Origin: Eledone cirrhosa
Lineage: Eukaryota
Assembly (NCBI GenBank): GCA_964016885.1
Contig: OZ024759.1
Coordinates: 22,072,001 to 22,136,000 of the forward strand
Length of the DNA stretch: 64,000 bases
Reading direction: 5' to 3'
Every line of letters begins with the position of its first letter. The stretch's first letter is position 1. A model generated the notes under the pieces. That model saw nothing but the letters and a program-made list of their open reading frames with translations, did not search any database and was not told where the DNA came from. The position numbers and the translations under genes were made by a program. Shown piece by piece: positions 13,511 through 26,799 of the stretch.

Positions 13511-15195
13511 TACATAAGATATGTCTATCTTTGACAGTTATATCTGACATTTATTCAGAATTTCAGTTTGTATATTTCACATTTTGAGATAGAGCCTTGC
13601 TCTTTTGCAGCACATCAATGAGCTGAAGGGCACTGTTTTGGATTTACTACAACAAGGGTTACAAACTCAAAAGGGCCCATTACATGCTAGGGGAGAGGCA
13701 CAGGGTATAATTTCCATTAGTTATAATGTTAATCTGGAATGCAGTTGATAGTAAGTGGGATATATGAATTAGTACAGAATGTAGAGTGTCAAATTTTCCT
13801 TTTCAAATGTTCCGCTTTGAGCCACAGAAAAGTAATTTGTGGGCAGCATCGTTTGAGATCTCTGTACTAATGTTAGACAAACATTTCATAGAAGGCTGCA
13901 TTAACCTTTTGAGACTGCATTTCTAATGAAATACACTATTTTAATTAATTAATGAAAAATTTTGAAGGATTTATTAAAATTATTAATTATTTTGTTACTA
14001 AGATACTAACTTAGAATTTGCATAACTTTATGTATACTATTGCATAAAGGTTTTATTTCACATAATATCGAATCTAAGAGATTTTGATATCAATTTTGAG
14101 AACAATACCTTAACATCAGTATGAGTGGCCAGTTACAGCAGGTTTGAACAGAAAGAGGTGAGAGAATTCTGGCCGAATACAGCTGGTTTAAAGGCTAAAG
14201 GGTTAATATAAGGTTCTTATATAAAATTAAATTAAAAGATTTTTAATTCAAATTGAAAACCTTAAAATGAGTGGTTTTATTTCATAGAACCAGAACTGGT
14301 TTTGGCCAGGTTGGTAACAAAAGGATTAAGCTTGCATGACCCCTGACAGACTGAAGATTTTTCATAGCTAGACCTTTGTTTTAATTATAAGAGAAAAAAA
14401 AAAAAACCTCTTAATCCACCCACCACAGATTTTATTGATTGTTTCTTTATTATCAGCTATTGATATGTTATCTATTTACTGTCGTCTTAATTCATCAAGC
14501 TGCTCCACAATTTATATACAGACTATATTTTTTATTGAACTATCATTTTACTTTTCTATCGATAGATTAAACCATCCTACTTCTCACACAAATCAATCAA
14601 GTGTATCTTTGTAATATATATTGAGCAACATATTGGGTAGGGCCCTACGTAGAGTTTTTAAACACATCCACCCATTTAACTTTTCTTTATTAGCAAAAAC
14701 GAGGACAGAGCATCGGATATCCTGCTTCACAGGATAGAGGTATGGCCCTTTACATTCTGACTTCGAATCCCGCAAACGCATGCGCAAAGAAGGCAAAATA
14801 AAATAAGATAAACAAACAAGCAAATAAATAAATAAATATATAGACAGACTGAATAAAAAATGGCGTAGACATACAACACAACAGGAGGAACAAAGAATAT
14901 AACACCACTGACGATGTTGCAGATGTGCAACGAAAGATTTATGTAAATTATGTAAACTATATATATGTGTTTGTGTCTATATTGTATCTGCATTATTTTT
15001 GACTGTCGGTCAGTCAATGACAACATTGAGGACCGAGTAAGTTAGATCGCAGATATAAAAGACAGCGAGAAGCGAAAACCAACCAAACAGTGAGTGTGTT
15101 CTGTTATTAATTCTGGCAATATTACGCAAATATGACCCTCCCCAAGTATAACAATATCTGTTTCGACACACGATTTCATATAAAAAACCTCGCTA

Positions 15196-15230
<35 letters not shown>

Positions 15231-15344
15231 TATGGGGAAAACCGAACAGATGTGCAGACCACATTATGGTCAGTCGGTTGCAAAGCAGATAAAAAGAAGC
15301 GCTCAACGATCAGTATAAATGGTGCAAGTTGGAGCATTATATAT

Positions 15345-15787
15345 TAATAAAAGATCAGAGGCCATATTCAGTTTATTCAAAACTCTGTTATACATATTTC
15401 ACTGAAGACTATCAGTTATGATAGCCTGAACTTTTCAGGCAGCAAAACCTAAAATAAACATTGAAAGTTCCTAAGAAACCTTTAAATTTGGAAAAATCCA
15501 ATAATTTCCCCCAAAGAGATTTTCTTTTCATGATACAGGGGGCCGGTCAAATGTATGGTGTTGTTTCTTCGATATCCGGCCCCTTGTATCATGAAAAGAA
15601 AATCTTTTTTGAGGAAATTATTGGATCTTTCCAAATTTAAAGGTTTCTTAGGAACTTTTAATGTTTATTTTAGGTTTTGCTGCCTGAAGAGTTCAGGCTA
15701 TCATAACTGATAGTCTTCAGTGAAATATGTATAACAGAGTTTTAAATAAACCTGAATCAACTGAATATGGCATCCGATCTTTTATTA
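15345..15787. mobile_element. Long palindrome (about 200-bp arms, 29-nt spacer); probable inverted PLE terminal repeats
   Basis: 15345-15546 is the near-perfect reverse complement of 15576-15787. The right arm has a hammerhead-like core CTGAAGA...GAAATATGTA (15684-15731). Confidence 0.75.
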
Positions 15788-15848
15788 GTGGTGCTATTAA
15801 GTTAGACATTGCCTGGGCCAATACTGGCCGAAATCTATCAAAGTTATA
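15788..15848 (+). mobile_element. CR1-group LINE 3' tail only
   Basis: gtggtgctattaagttagacattgcctgggccaatactggcc...caaagttat matches the 3' UTR at 54747-54812. Confidence 0.8.
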
Positions 15849-15860
15849 TATATATACACA

Positions 15861-17280
15861 TTAGCAGCCGCCCAGCCTTTGCTCCGGTTTGAACTGTGTT
15901 CAAGTCTATTCATACGGCACCATTGTCATCTGTCATAATGTACATTTTTCCTTAGAATAAAAGTTTTAGAGTATCTATATACAGAAAGTAATAAAGAAAA
16001 TAATAGGAAAATGTATTCTATGAAAACTATAAAACATTTACAGAACTTCAGTATATACAAATATTTTAGCGTTGATAGATTTATAGGTCTGGCTACCTCC
16101 AGGGATCATTTATGAGAGATTTTGTTGATGGCATTAACTGTGATGTTTTAGGGAGCAAGGATTGCTCTTTCACACAGCCACTCCTCATTGGAATGGTGGA
16201 TTTGGAAATTGGGGAACACTTGATTAATTAAGTTTACAATGCTTTCCACAACAGTACAAAACATTCCTCAGTGTCAAGGGATTGTTTTTCTCCCCCTGCC
16301 TTCCTGCCTCTGTTATTTGCAGAAAAGAAGGTGATATATAATAAAGAAATAAAATAATAGAAAAATAAATTCCACGAAAATTATAAAACATTTACAGAAC
16401 TTCAGTATATACAATGTTTAACTTTTTTCTTTGTAGAATATATGAAGAGCTTGTGGGGTTTTCCTAGTCTGGAATAACCCAACATACAATCGACCATGTG
16501 GGAAACAGCCCACTTCTATATGGAGACTGACAACCTGCAGGGTTTGACCTTGGGACTTGTTAATGGTTATTGTGCAACTGACTCTTACTGGGAATTGCAA
16601 TCATTATCGGTATTATCAGTATTCTAGGCATAAATACAATGTCTCCCATACCACAGCCAGTAAAGATTTGGCTTCGATAATGTGAGGCTGTAGTTCAGTC
16701 ACAACGATACACGTCCCATTGCACAATCATGGCTGATCCAAGTTTCTGAGAAGCATGATAACTGTGCCCTTCTCCGATTCAAGGTTGTGTGGCAGCATAC
16801 AGGATTTTTTTGTCTATGTTAATTAACAGACATACATCTTTAGTTGTAGAGGCCAGTGTGTCTAGTTGTATTCAACTGCTTTCAAATTCATTTTCCAACA
16901 GGCAGATATCATGTCTGCATATTAAGTCACCAACCCAGGGGCTTTAACAGCCACCTCGAAACCATGTTCAACAGGGAGAATTTCTCTACTTGATATAACT
17001 GGTGGTGCATTTAAGAGACCAAAAAAATATTCTGTTTGCAACTCTATTCTGTATCGTGATATTAGTGCTGCTGTTAATTAAATCTAGCCTGTCAAATCCG
17101 CACTATATATATATAAAGAATTCAGACACACACACTGACACAAACAAGCATATGTACACACATACACACAATAATGCAGTTCAGATTAGCTGAAAACACA
17201 CCAAAAACCTTATTATCAATTTTATTTAGTGTTATTAGCAGTCACTATACAAAGAAATTTCCGCTTTATAAAGATATAGA
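15861..17280 (-). mobile_element. Internally deleted Helitron with PIF1-helicase relics
   Basis: Shows QFPVR..TINKSQGQTL..GCFPHGRLYV (16418-16600) and PPHNL..IMLLRNL..CNGT (about 16650-16800). The putative 5' end is TCTATATC at 17280; the putative 3' end is a GC hairpin plus CTAA (degenerate CTAG) at 15861. Confidence 0.75.
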
Positions 17281-17359
17281 TAGATATACATGCAGAAAGA
17301 AAAAGAGGTAAGAGAGAGTCAGATGTGAGGCCAGCAAGATAGAAAAGTTTTAGTTAATT

Positions 17360-18057
17360 AGAGAGAAGAGGTGGTTTGAGTGCGAGGTAAAGTATACGAA
17401 TGGCAATATTACATGGTAGTGAGACCTGGGCATTGTGTGCAGAAGACTTGCGTAGATTAGAAAGAAATGAAGCTTGCATGCTCCAATGGATGTGTAATAG
17501 TAATATACACAAACGGCAAAGCATAAACGAATTGAGAGAGAGACTAAGCATAAGAAGTATCAAATGAGCGCAGGAGAGGAGATTGCGTTGATGTGGACAT
17601 ATGATGTGATATGTATGAAGGACAACAGCTGTATAAAAAAGTGCAGAGCGATCAAAATTGATGGAAGCTACGGAGTGGGTAGACCAAGAAAAACCTGGGA
17701 CGAGATGATAAAAACTGACCTTGCTCACTTAGACCTCTCTAAGACAATGTCACTTGATCGAGATCTTTGGCAGTATGCAGTTATACAGAAGACCTTGCAT
17801 ACAAACTTAAACCTACAGTCAGTAGGCCCCTCTTAACCCAATATACAACCCACTCCACTCCATCCAATGTAAAGTGGTCGTGTAGGAGACAGGGTAAAAA
17901 GGTTCCCAGTCCACACTGTAAATGTGGTTGGTGTTAGGAAGGGCATCCAGTCGTAGAAAACCTGCCAGAGGGTCCTGTACGACCAACCAATCTTGCCTCA
18001 AGTGGGACAAAACCCTCCAACCCATGCTAGCGTGGAAGATGGACATTAAACGATGAT
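17360..18057 (+). mobile_element. RTE LINE 3' fragment with 3' UTR
   Basis: HGSETWAL..GRPRKTWDE; homologous to 4176-5020 in the opposite orientation. Confidence 0.88.
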
Positions 18058-18929
18058 ATATATATATATATATAGTAATAATAAATGTGAAGTCTAAAAT
18101 CCGAAGAGGACTCGATAAGGATTATATATATATATATATAGGAGTAAGCCGTTTCGACGGCTAATTCTACAGAATTAGCCGTCGAAACGGCTTGAGCTCA
18201 GCCGTCGGGGTCTTACTCCTATTACCCACTCTACTACCCTAAGTATTGAGTACTTTGGTGCGTTATGGTCCACCTGGTTCCTTACCACTTTTCCCTCGCT
18301 ATATATATATATATATAAGGGCATCCAGCCGTAGAAAACCTGCCAGATAGTCCTATATGAGCAAGACACGGTCACCCGACCAACCTTACCTCAAATTGGG
18401 ACAACTCCCGTCTAACCCATGCCAGCGTCGAAGATGGACGTTAAACGATGATGATGATGATATATATATATATATAAACCCGTAGAGCAAATATTTATTA
18501 TAACAGATTACAGTTTAAGCAAAGAATCGCTGCTTATATATATATCTATATATAGTTACATAACTTTAAATATGTTAAGAGTTAATGAGACGTTAAATAA
18601 AAAAATAAAAATAAAAATACACCATCTTGATAATTATAAGGCTAGCTTACATACGAAACTTAATTATATGACCGATTTCTGCTGTTGTTTAACCCCGAGT
18701 CAGTACTGAGTGAACAAGTCATACAAACCAACTAAATGACACTTCAAATGTGGCTATCATCTTTTAAGAGGACCACATAATTCAATACACAATCTCTCTC
18801 TCACTTAAAAAAACAAACAAACAGTTCTTAGCTTTAAATGTTTTTTTAAACGACAGGGCGTAACTTGAAGGTATTTCGCTGTTATTTTTAGCAGGTCGAG
18901 TATCATACGGACTTGTTATTATGCTTCGT

Positions 18930-20640
18930 ACACATAATGGTTTCTGATTTAAGCACAAGGTCAGCAATTTGAAGGAGGAGGGGGGAAATTGATTAAATCG
19001 ATCCCAGGTGCGTGACTGGTACTTGTATTTTAACGACACGAAAGGGGAAGCTAACCTCGCCGAGATTTGAACTAGCTGCAAAGCATGTTGTCCGACGCTC
19101 TACAGATACTGCCATAATAATTGTTTCTACTTTTGGCAAAAGGCCATCAATTACCCAGTACATTACTGGTACTTTATTTTAACGACCCCGTAAGGATGAA
19201 AAATAATTGTTTCTACTTCAGGCTCAAGGCCAGCGATTTTGTGGGAGGAAAAAGCCCATTAAATCGAGCGCAGTGCGTTACTGGTACTTTATTTTATCGA
19301 CCTATTAAACTAACCCCGGCGAGATTTGAACTCAGGACGCAACTATGCTGTAAAGCATATTGTTCGACGATCTACCGATATCACCAAAATAATGATTTCT
19401 AGTATAGGCACAAGGCCAGTAATTCGGGAGGAGGGGAAAGTCGGTTAAATCCACCCCAGTACGTTACTGGTGCTTTATTTTATCGACCCCGTAAGTATGA
19501 AAGGTAAAAGTTAACGCGGCGGGATAATAATAACAACGCGCGCACGTATGTGGGGTGCTATGTGAAGGAGGGTAAATCCTATAATTTATCAAATGGGAAA
19601 GAGAGGAAGGAAAGACTGTATAATTCGCAGAAAACAAAAGTGAAAACGAATATCCAAAATTCTGAGAAAACAAAGCGAAAGAAACCACTCAGACTGGGGT
19701 GTAGTGCCTATCCCTCCCACTGCCTGTCTTTCGTTGTTTCAGCCCCTCCCCCCTCTTTTTTAAATTGAAATAATTGTTTCTACTTTAGGCACAAGGCCAG
19801 CAATTACCCAGTACATTACTGGTACTTTATTTTATCGACCCCGTAAGGATGAAAGGCAAAGTTAACCTCGGTGGGATTTGAACTCAGACTGTAAAGGGAC
19901 GAAACTATGCTAGAAAGCATGGCGTCGACCCTCTATCGATACTGCCAATTCACTTGAGATAATGACTTCTACTGTAGGCCAGCAAATTTAGGGGGAGGGA
20001 AAAGTCGGTTAAATCGATCCCCAGTGCATTACTGGTGCTTTATTTTATCAACCCCGTAAGGGCAAAAGGCAAAGCTAACCTCAGCGAGATTTGAACTTAG
20101 TTCGTAAAGGGACGTAACTCTATGCTGCAAATATAAATTATATTGTTTCTTGATTCCAGAAACCATGGTGACTCTATGTATTTATGCTTCTGAAAGTTAA
20201 ATCAAATTCACATGGCCACCACCATAAATGAAACTTAAGGGTCAGTCCACCTCGAAGTCCCGACCGACAAACGAAGAAGAAATTTGTCTGGGAGGACGGC
20301 GCGGGAGACACGTAGCGAACTCGGATCCGATAGCAGTGAGCAGGGATGTATCTTTTTAATAATTGTTTCTACTTTAGGCACAAGGCCAGCAATTACCCAG
20401 TGCATTACTGGTACTTTACTTTATCGACCCCGTAAGGATGAAAGGCAAAGTCAACCTCGGCGGGATTTGAACTCAGATCGTAAAGGGACGTATTTTTAAT
20501 AATTGTTTCTACTTTAGGCACAAGGCCAGCAATTACCCAGTGCATTACTGGTACTTTACTTTATCGACCCCGTAAGGATGAAAGGCAAAGTCAACCTCGG
20601 CGGGATTTGAACTCAGATCGTAAAGGGACGTATTTTTAAT
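18930..20640 (-). mobile_element. Cluster of about 8-9 partial tRNA-derived MetaSINE-like SINEs
   Basis: Repeated (reverse complement of) gagttcaaatcccgccgaggttgactttgcctttcatccttacggggtcgataaa..taccagt. Includes an exact 140-bp tandem duplication starting at 20361 and 20501. Confidence 0.85.
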
Positions 20641-23489
20641 AATGAAAATTATTGTGTACAGTCCGAGGGACCAAGAACGTCATATTTACAGACAAATTAA
20701 CGAGTAGACCTATTTATGACATACACAGAACCGAGCTATCTGTTTACACACACACATTAAGTAAAACTATTTGTCACGATGACTTGAAAATGAGCAATTT
20801 GGGTCATCATATAATTTTGCCCCAACAGTTGAGCACACACACTATATATATATATGTGTGTGTGTGTATATACACATATATAAATGGTTAGTAATTAATC
20901 GAAGGGCGGGGGTACAGATAGTGAATTCTAGAGACTGGCTACATCCGTATTATGTTAGAATGATGTGTGAATAAATAGGACAGTATATATACACACACAT
21001 CTATATATATATATATATATACTCTCTTGTCTCAAATAATGGGGATGGGGTGGAATAAACGGGGTATGTGCATGTAACTTTTTTAGTTTGTATCCGTTTA
21101 TTTATTTTTTTTAAATCGGAATTAGTCGTTTAGTACACATATTGAGACCCCCAGCCCATCATATATATATATAAGAATCAGAGGCCATATTCATTTGGTT
21201 TTGGTTTATTAAAATCAGTAATGTACATTTCTTTGTTCGGTTAACCCCTAACTATAATGTATATATATACGAAGGAAGTGTGGTAAGGAACCAGGTTGAC
21301 CGTAACGCACCAGAGTCAGACCCCGACGGCTGAGCTCCGGCCGTTTCGACAACTATATCTGAACGCAGATCTAGCTGTCGAAATGGACTGAGCTCAGCCG
21401 TCGGGGTCTTGACTATTTTCATATATATATTAGAATGTTAACATGATTAACAACCTAATTTATACGCCCCCTGGTGCGCGCGCACATACATATATACACT
21501 CGGCGGTGCCCTAGCATGGTTACAAAAATGGCCAAGAAACACTGCACGTTTTCAAGTTTCAATTATGCTAAGCAGAAATATTTCTAGTCTGTAGAAGCCA
21601 TAATAAATATTTATACTCTATGTAACGAGTACCTTACTTACTGCGGTTACCTCCGATTCAACCTGACACACACACACACATTATATATCCGTCTGTGGTT
21701 GACGGCTGGGAGAAAAGAGTACTCAATACCGAAGTAGAGTTTATGTATTCATTTTATTAAGACTAAATTAGTTGTCTTGTTACTCTGGAATAACAAGACA
21801 ACAAATTTAGTCTTAATAAAATTAACATATATATAGTATGGGTAGTACAGTGGTACTAAATCAAGTATTCTGCGCAGGTATGAGTGTATAATAGAAAAAG
21901 CGAGAAAGTTTCGTTTACATATGAAAAATATTTGTGTATCGACCTGTGATGTGTATATATATATATATATATGTTAAAGAAATAACAAGATCGCACTTAG
22001 GAGGAATTAGAGGAATATATATATATGGTAGTTAAGAAGTTAATGAAAGTTTAAACCTCTCACTTACAACTATTAATTAAATAGAGTGGCCGAGAATACA
22101 GAAGGAATTAGATGAAGCACATGATAAAATATCAATTTCACTTCCTATTTGCAGTAGAGATGGATTTTAAAACTTGGATGGGGGCCCACACAGATATATA
22201 TATGCATATACATATATTAATAGAGTACATATTTTTCTTTGAAATATGTGCTTTGTATATATACATTTTTTTCAATATAATCAAATATTTCAAAATTCAA
22301 AGATATTTCTTGAATAAAATTAAATATTTAGTCAAACGTAGAAAAAGAAAGTAGCATTGAAAAGGATTATAAATGAGAGGGAAAGAGTAAGGATTATTAG
22401 GGGACATGACTTCTATAGACTAAATCTGTTTCATTAGTAAGAAATTACCAGGAAAGTCCTGATGATTTCTTACAAATGAAAACTAGTCCTGTAGAAGTCC
22501 TTTCTATAATAAAATGACTATTCCTATACCCCACTAACGTACTGAGCACCTTTTTAACAGTGGTGTGTAAACTTATATATATATATTAGGAGGAAAGAAA
22601 TTAACATCTAGTTTCTTTTAAAAAAAAAACACCGAGTTTGTGAATGTTTATATACGGGAGAGCCAATACGAATCTTTCGTTCGTTTTACGTATTTAAATC
22701 AAATAATTCCATTTGTGAATATTTCATTTAAGTTTATATTAAGTTTGTGTGAGATTAACAAAAAAGTATAAAACTCCAGACACTCCCCCAAAATTCGACT
22801 GTCATATATATTAAATAATTGTCTCTACCTTTGGCACAAGGCCAGCAATTACTCAGTCTATTACTTTTACTTTATTTTATCGACCCCATAAGGATGAAAG
22901 GCAAAGTTAACCTCGGCGGGAATGCTAAAATGTTACTAAATTGAGACTAGCACGACTATTATTCAACTTAGTATACCATTATAAGACATATAAAAGGTAG
23001 TAGAGACATTAGAGCGTTGGTCCATTATATATAAAGTAGTAGATGGCAATAATGGGAGGCCTGTCTATCACTATATACAGGCGCCTCGTTTACCTTAAAA
23101 ATGTGAGGGGGACAAACCAACATTTGTTGATTCTTAAAGGAGCATAAATTGCTTATGGTACCTTTCCCTGACCCTATCACATAAGTAACATTTTTCGCTA
23201 ATTAAATTTTATATATTCAAATGAAGTTCAGATATAAAGAAATAAGCTTAAAAAGAATTTATTATATAAAAAAATAAAATATAGATGTTTGCATGAGTGT
23301 GTGGAGGGGGGGGGGGGGGGACTTGTCCCCTGGTGTCCCCTGGTGCCCCCTGAAACAAGGCCCTTGACTATATATATATAGTGATACACAATATATTTTT
23401 TTTATATGTAAAAACTTACTCGTTTTTTTTTCTATCATATATATATATAATATATATATATATATACATAATATATATATATATACATA

Positions 23490-23520
<31 letters not shown>

Positions 23521-23659
23521 GTCAGGCTCATACACACGAGGTAGTGAAATAAAAAAAATAAATAATCAAATATATTTAACTTGTGGTTTAGTCACAAGTT
23601 CAGTCCCAATTAAACAGACATCCCACGTCCTAAAAGACATTTCAAATGTGACCTAATCG

Positions 23660-23865
23660 TATTTTGAGTGCCAGACACCATGCTTTGCAGCTTAGAGTTA
23701 AGACCCTTTACGTTCTGGGTTCAAATCCTGTCGAGGTTTAACTTTGCCTGTCATTCTTACGGGGTCGATAAAATAAAGTACCAGTAATACACTGGAGGTT
23801 AATTTAATTGACTTTCCCCTTCCCTAAAATTGTTGGCATCATGCGTAAATCAGAAACCATTATTA
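23660..23865 (+). mobile_element. MetaSINE-like SINE
   Basis: B-box gttcaaatcc, followed by the ctttgcctgtcattcttacggggtcgataaaataaagtaccag core. Confidence 0.75.
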
Positions 23866-26298
23866 TTCGTTCTTTGACACGATTACATCACTCCAGGTGT
23901 CCTTCCTTTCCTTAACCCTCTCGCTACCATATTTCCAATTAAAGGCGCCGCCCTTGTAATCTTCGAAGTAATGTTTGCTTGTTTTCAATATTAAAGAGTT
24001 TTTATTATTCACAGGTGTATCAATAACATTACAAATATAAACGCGTATTAAATACAATTAATTATAAACACATAAGACAATTGATTGTTGCTAAGAACCT
24101 CACAAATACAATTATGAAAATAAAACAAAAATCTGGAGCGATTATTAAGTTGGTTAATGTTTGGAACATAACAGAACAAAGGTTGGTAAATAATATTACG
24201 AAGAAAGTTTTTTTTTTTTGTTATTTTTCTTTTAATAAACATAAACACTTTGAAATAACGTCTTGTACAATAGATATAATATAGAACCGCGGGTGGTTTC
24301 AGCCAAATTGATACAAAAAGGATTTAAGGTGTGATTGGAGAAATATTTAGGCGTTTTTCCTTTCCCTTTCTTTGTATATATTATATTTGTTTGTGCTTTC
24401 GTTCTGTAAGCATTCAAATCCCACCGAGGTTAACTTTACTTTCATCCTTAAATTATTATATTTCTTTTTATACAACTGTGAATAAAAGATTTGGGCGGTA
24501 TATATATGTGTTGAAAGTAGGCAGCAAAACTTTTGTGGGGTGGTAGTGGATCTGAACATAGAGAATAATTACCGATGAGTAAGTTAAAGTACATATACAA
24601 TGTAAAACTGTAATCGTTCTACTCTAGTAAATGATAAGAATTAAAATATAAATTTCTTAAAACAGATAGGATGGACCATTGATTGATTTAATATTTTAAA
24701 AGGAAATTATATATATATTGTAGATCCTAGTAATATCAAGGGGGTGAGCAATGATCAAAGTTAAAAGTATTCAATACAATTTAAGCATCATTATTTAATA
24801 TAGAAATGACTTTATATAGGGCTAGAACTGTTTCATTCACACCCTGTTCTAGTCCTGCAGAATTTCTATATCAAATGATAGAAGAAAAGTAAGTAGAATA
24901 CAATGATATGAGAGATGTAATATTTAAGAAAGTAGCAAACATCAACACTAGTACATTACTATTTATTTCATCGTCCCACCTACCCTGTAGGAAAACTGAA
25001 GAGAAAGTTTAACCTTCTCGATGGCGGGATTTGAAATTGAAAGTATAAAAGAACAAAGAGATGTAAAAACATTTATTACATATAATAAATTAATTATTGC
25101 TACGAGGTAACACAAAACTTCGACGAAATAATTGCATAATATTTAGATTAACATTGGGTTAGTTTTGACAAATGTAGTGGACTTTACTTTCAAATATGAA
25201 ATAAATAAACAATTGATATCATCAACTGTTTATCTTGTTTTTAAAATGACAAATAAGATGCGATAATTAATTTACACTACGTAAATGAAGTTAGGCTCAA
25301 GGGCGGTGGATTAAACTCATGTGGGGGTCCCCTTGCTAATACATAAATATATATCATCGGGGGTGAGTGCTTTGTGTATTATTTAAGGTACCACACCAAA
25401 AATGAAAATGGGGCACTTAGCTACGAGACAATTAGCTCCGACCCCGCTTTAATCCACCACTGGTTAAGCTCAAGATCGCTAAACTAAACCAGCTCGAAAG
25501 CAACTTAGAATTATCAAACACTCCATTCCATTCACGACCATCCCGTATTATATTTCTATTATTTTTTAGGCCAGACATTGTATAGATCGGATCACATCAC
25601 AAGTGGTGTTCAGTTTCTGATGGAGGTGGTGTGATTTGAGGGTAAAGATTTGATATAGTTATTTATAGCAGATCGAGACACCAACCATGCTGTTTTTTTT
25701 CTTCTGAAGTTAGAAACTTCTGGACTAATTTTTATCGTCACTGTTTTTAAAAAAAATTATATTTAGATGGGAAGAAAAATAATATGGTACATATTACTAC
25801 ACACACACACACATATATATATATATAATGGATCACTAAACTGTTTTGTGACCTGGCAATCTAAACACCAACGGACGAATACACACAAATTTGTAATAAA
25901 ATATACGTTTTGTTTATTAATTTAAAAATCAATATTAAGATAGATATTATTCAAGCTAACAGTGTGTGTGTGTGTATACACACGTATAAATAGACAACGT
26001 CGATGAAGGATGCATTTGCCTTTCATCCTTACAGGGTCGATAAAATAAAGCACCAGTAATGCATTGGGGTAATTGCTGGCCTTGTACCAATAGTAGAAAC
26101 AATTATATATATATGTGTGTGTGTAGGGATAGATATAGCACAATTAGGAACTATCTGGTTGTAATCAAACACGTATAAACACATGCATGTAGATTTATAC
26201 ATACACACATACAAACATACATATATTTATATATATATATATATTTAATTATATATAAGAAAACAAATACACAGAGTTTGTTGAAAAGCTGTGATTAC

Positions 26299-26374
26299 CT
26301 GTATTAGTAAAGAATGTTCCAAACAGCAAGAAGAAACCAAAAATTAAAACAAAACCACGCGTTGAGTTGGCCAT
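26299..26374 (-). CDS. CD164/porimin-like sialomucin, exon 1 (signal peptide)
   Basis: atcATGg context. Encodes the hydrophobic signal peptide MANSTRGFVLIFGFFLLFGTFFTNT, then G|gtaatc, a phase-1 donor that matches the phase-1 acceptor at 10054 (junction codon GGT). Confidence 0.72.
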
Positions 26375-26725
26375 GATCGTTTTTCTGTCTATTCCTTCTT
26401 TTTACAAATAATGAAAAAATAAATCTCAAATCTTGATGACGATGAGGTCACTTATGAGAAAGAAGAAAAAATATTTAACTGATTTGAAATCGAATCCGAT
26501 TTCTAATATGTGTGTATATATATATATATACACAGTTAGTTAGTTCCACCGGTGTCGTTTGATCAATCGATCTGTCCGTCCGCTTTATTGCGCACTTAAG
26601 AGGTTTGACCGTCGGGAGCAGGAGAATATATATATATATCTGTGTGTGTGTAATATAATATAAACAATGCGTCCTTGAGATGAATGATCAGTAAGTGTAC
26701 ATGTATAAATGTGCGTGTGCGTATA

Positions 26726-26758
<33 letters not shown>

Positions 26759-26799
26759 TGTCTACTGCTGCATAAGAACGACTGAAAGAAAGATAGATG

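Noticed and set aside
11475-13587. 300-580 aa repetitive ORFs, or a CRISPR-like array
   Set aside because: A contiguous 34-bp minisatellite with no unique spacers, in a eukaryotic intron with no cas genes.
14770-14868. NRF1-like (cgcatgcgca) and YY1-like (aaaatggcg) motifs suggesting a promoter
   Set aside because: Short motifs in a repeat-derived intronic region, with no associated exon found.
21640-21662. Possible micro-exon in the mucin intron (cag|gttgaatcggag..|gtaagt)
   Set aside because: Phase-1 entry gives an immediate TGA, and the sequence belongs to a dispersed repeat also seen at about 41890-41930.
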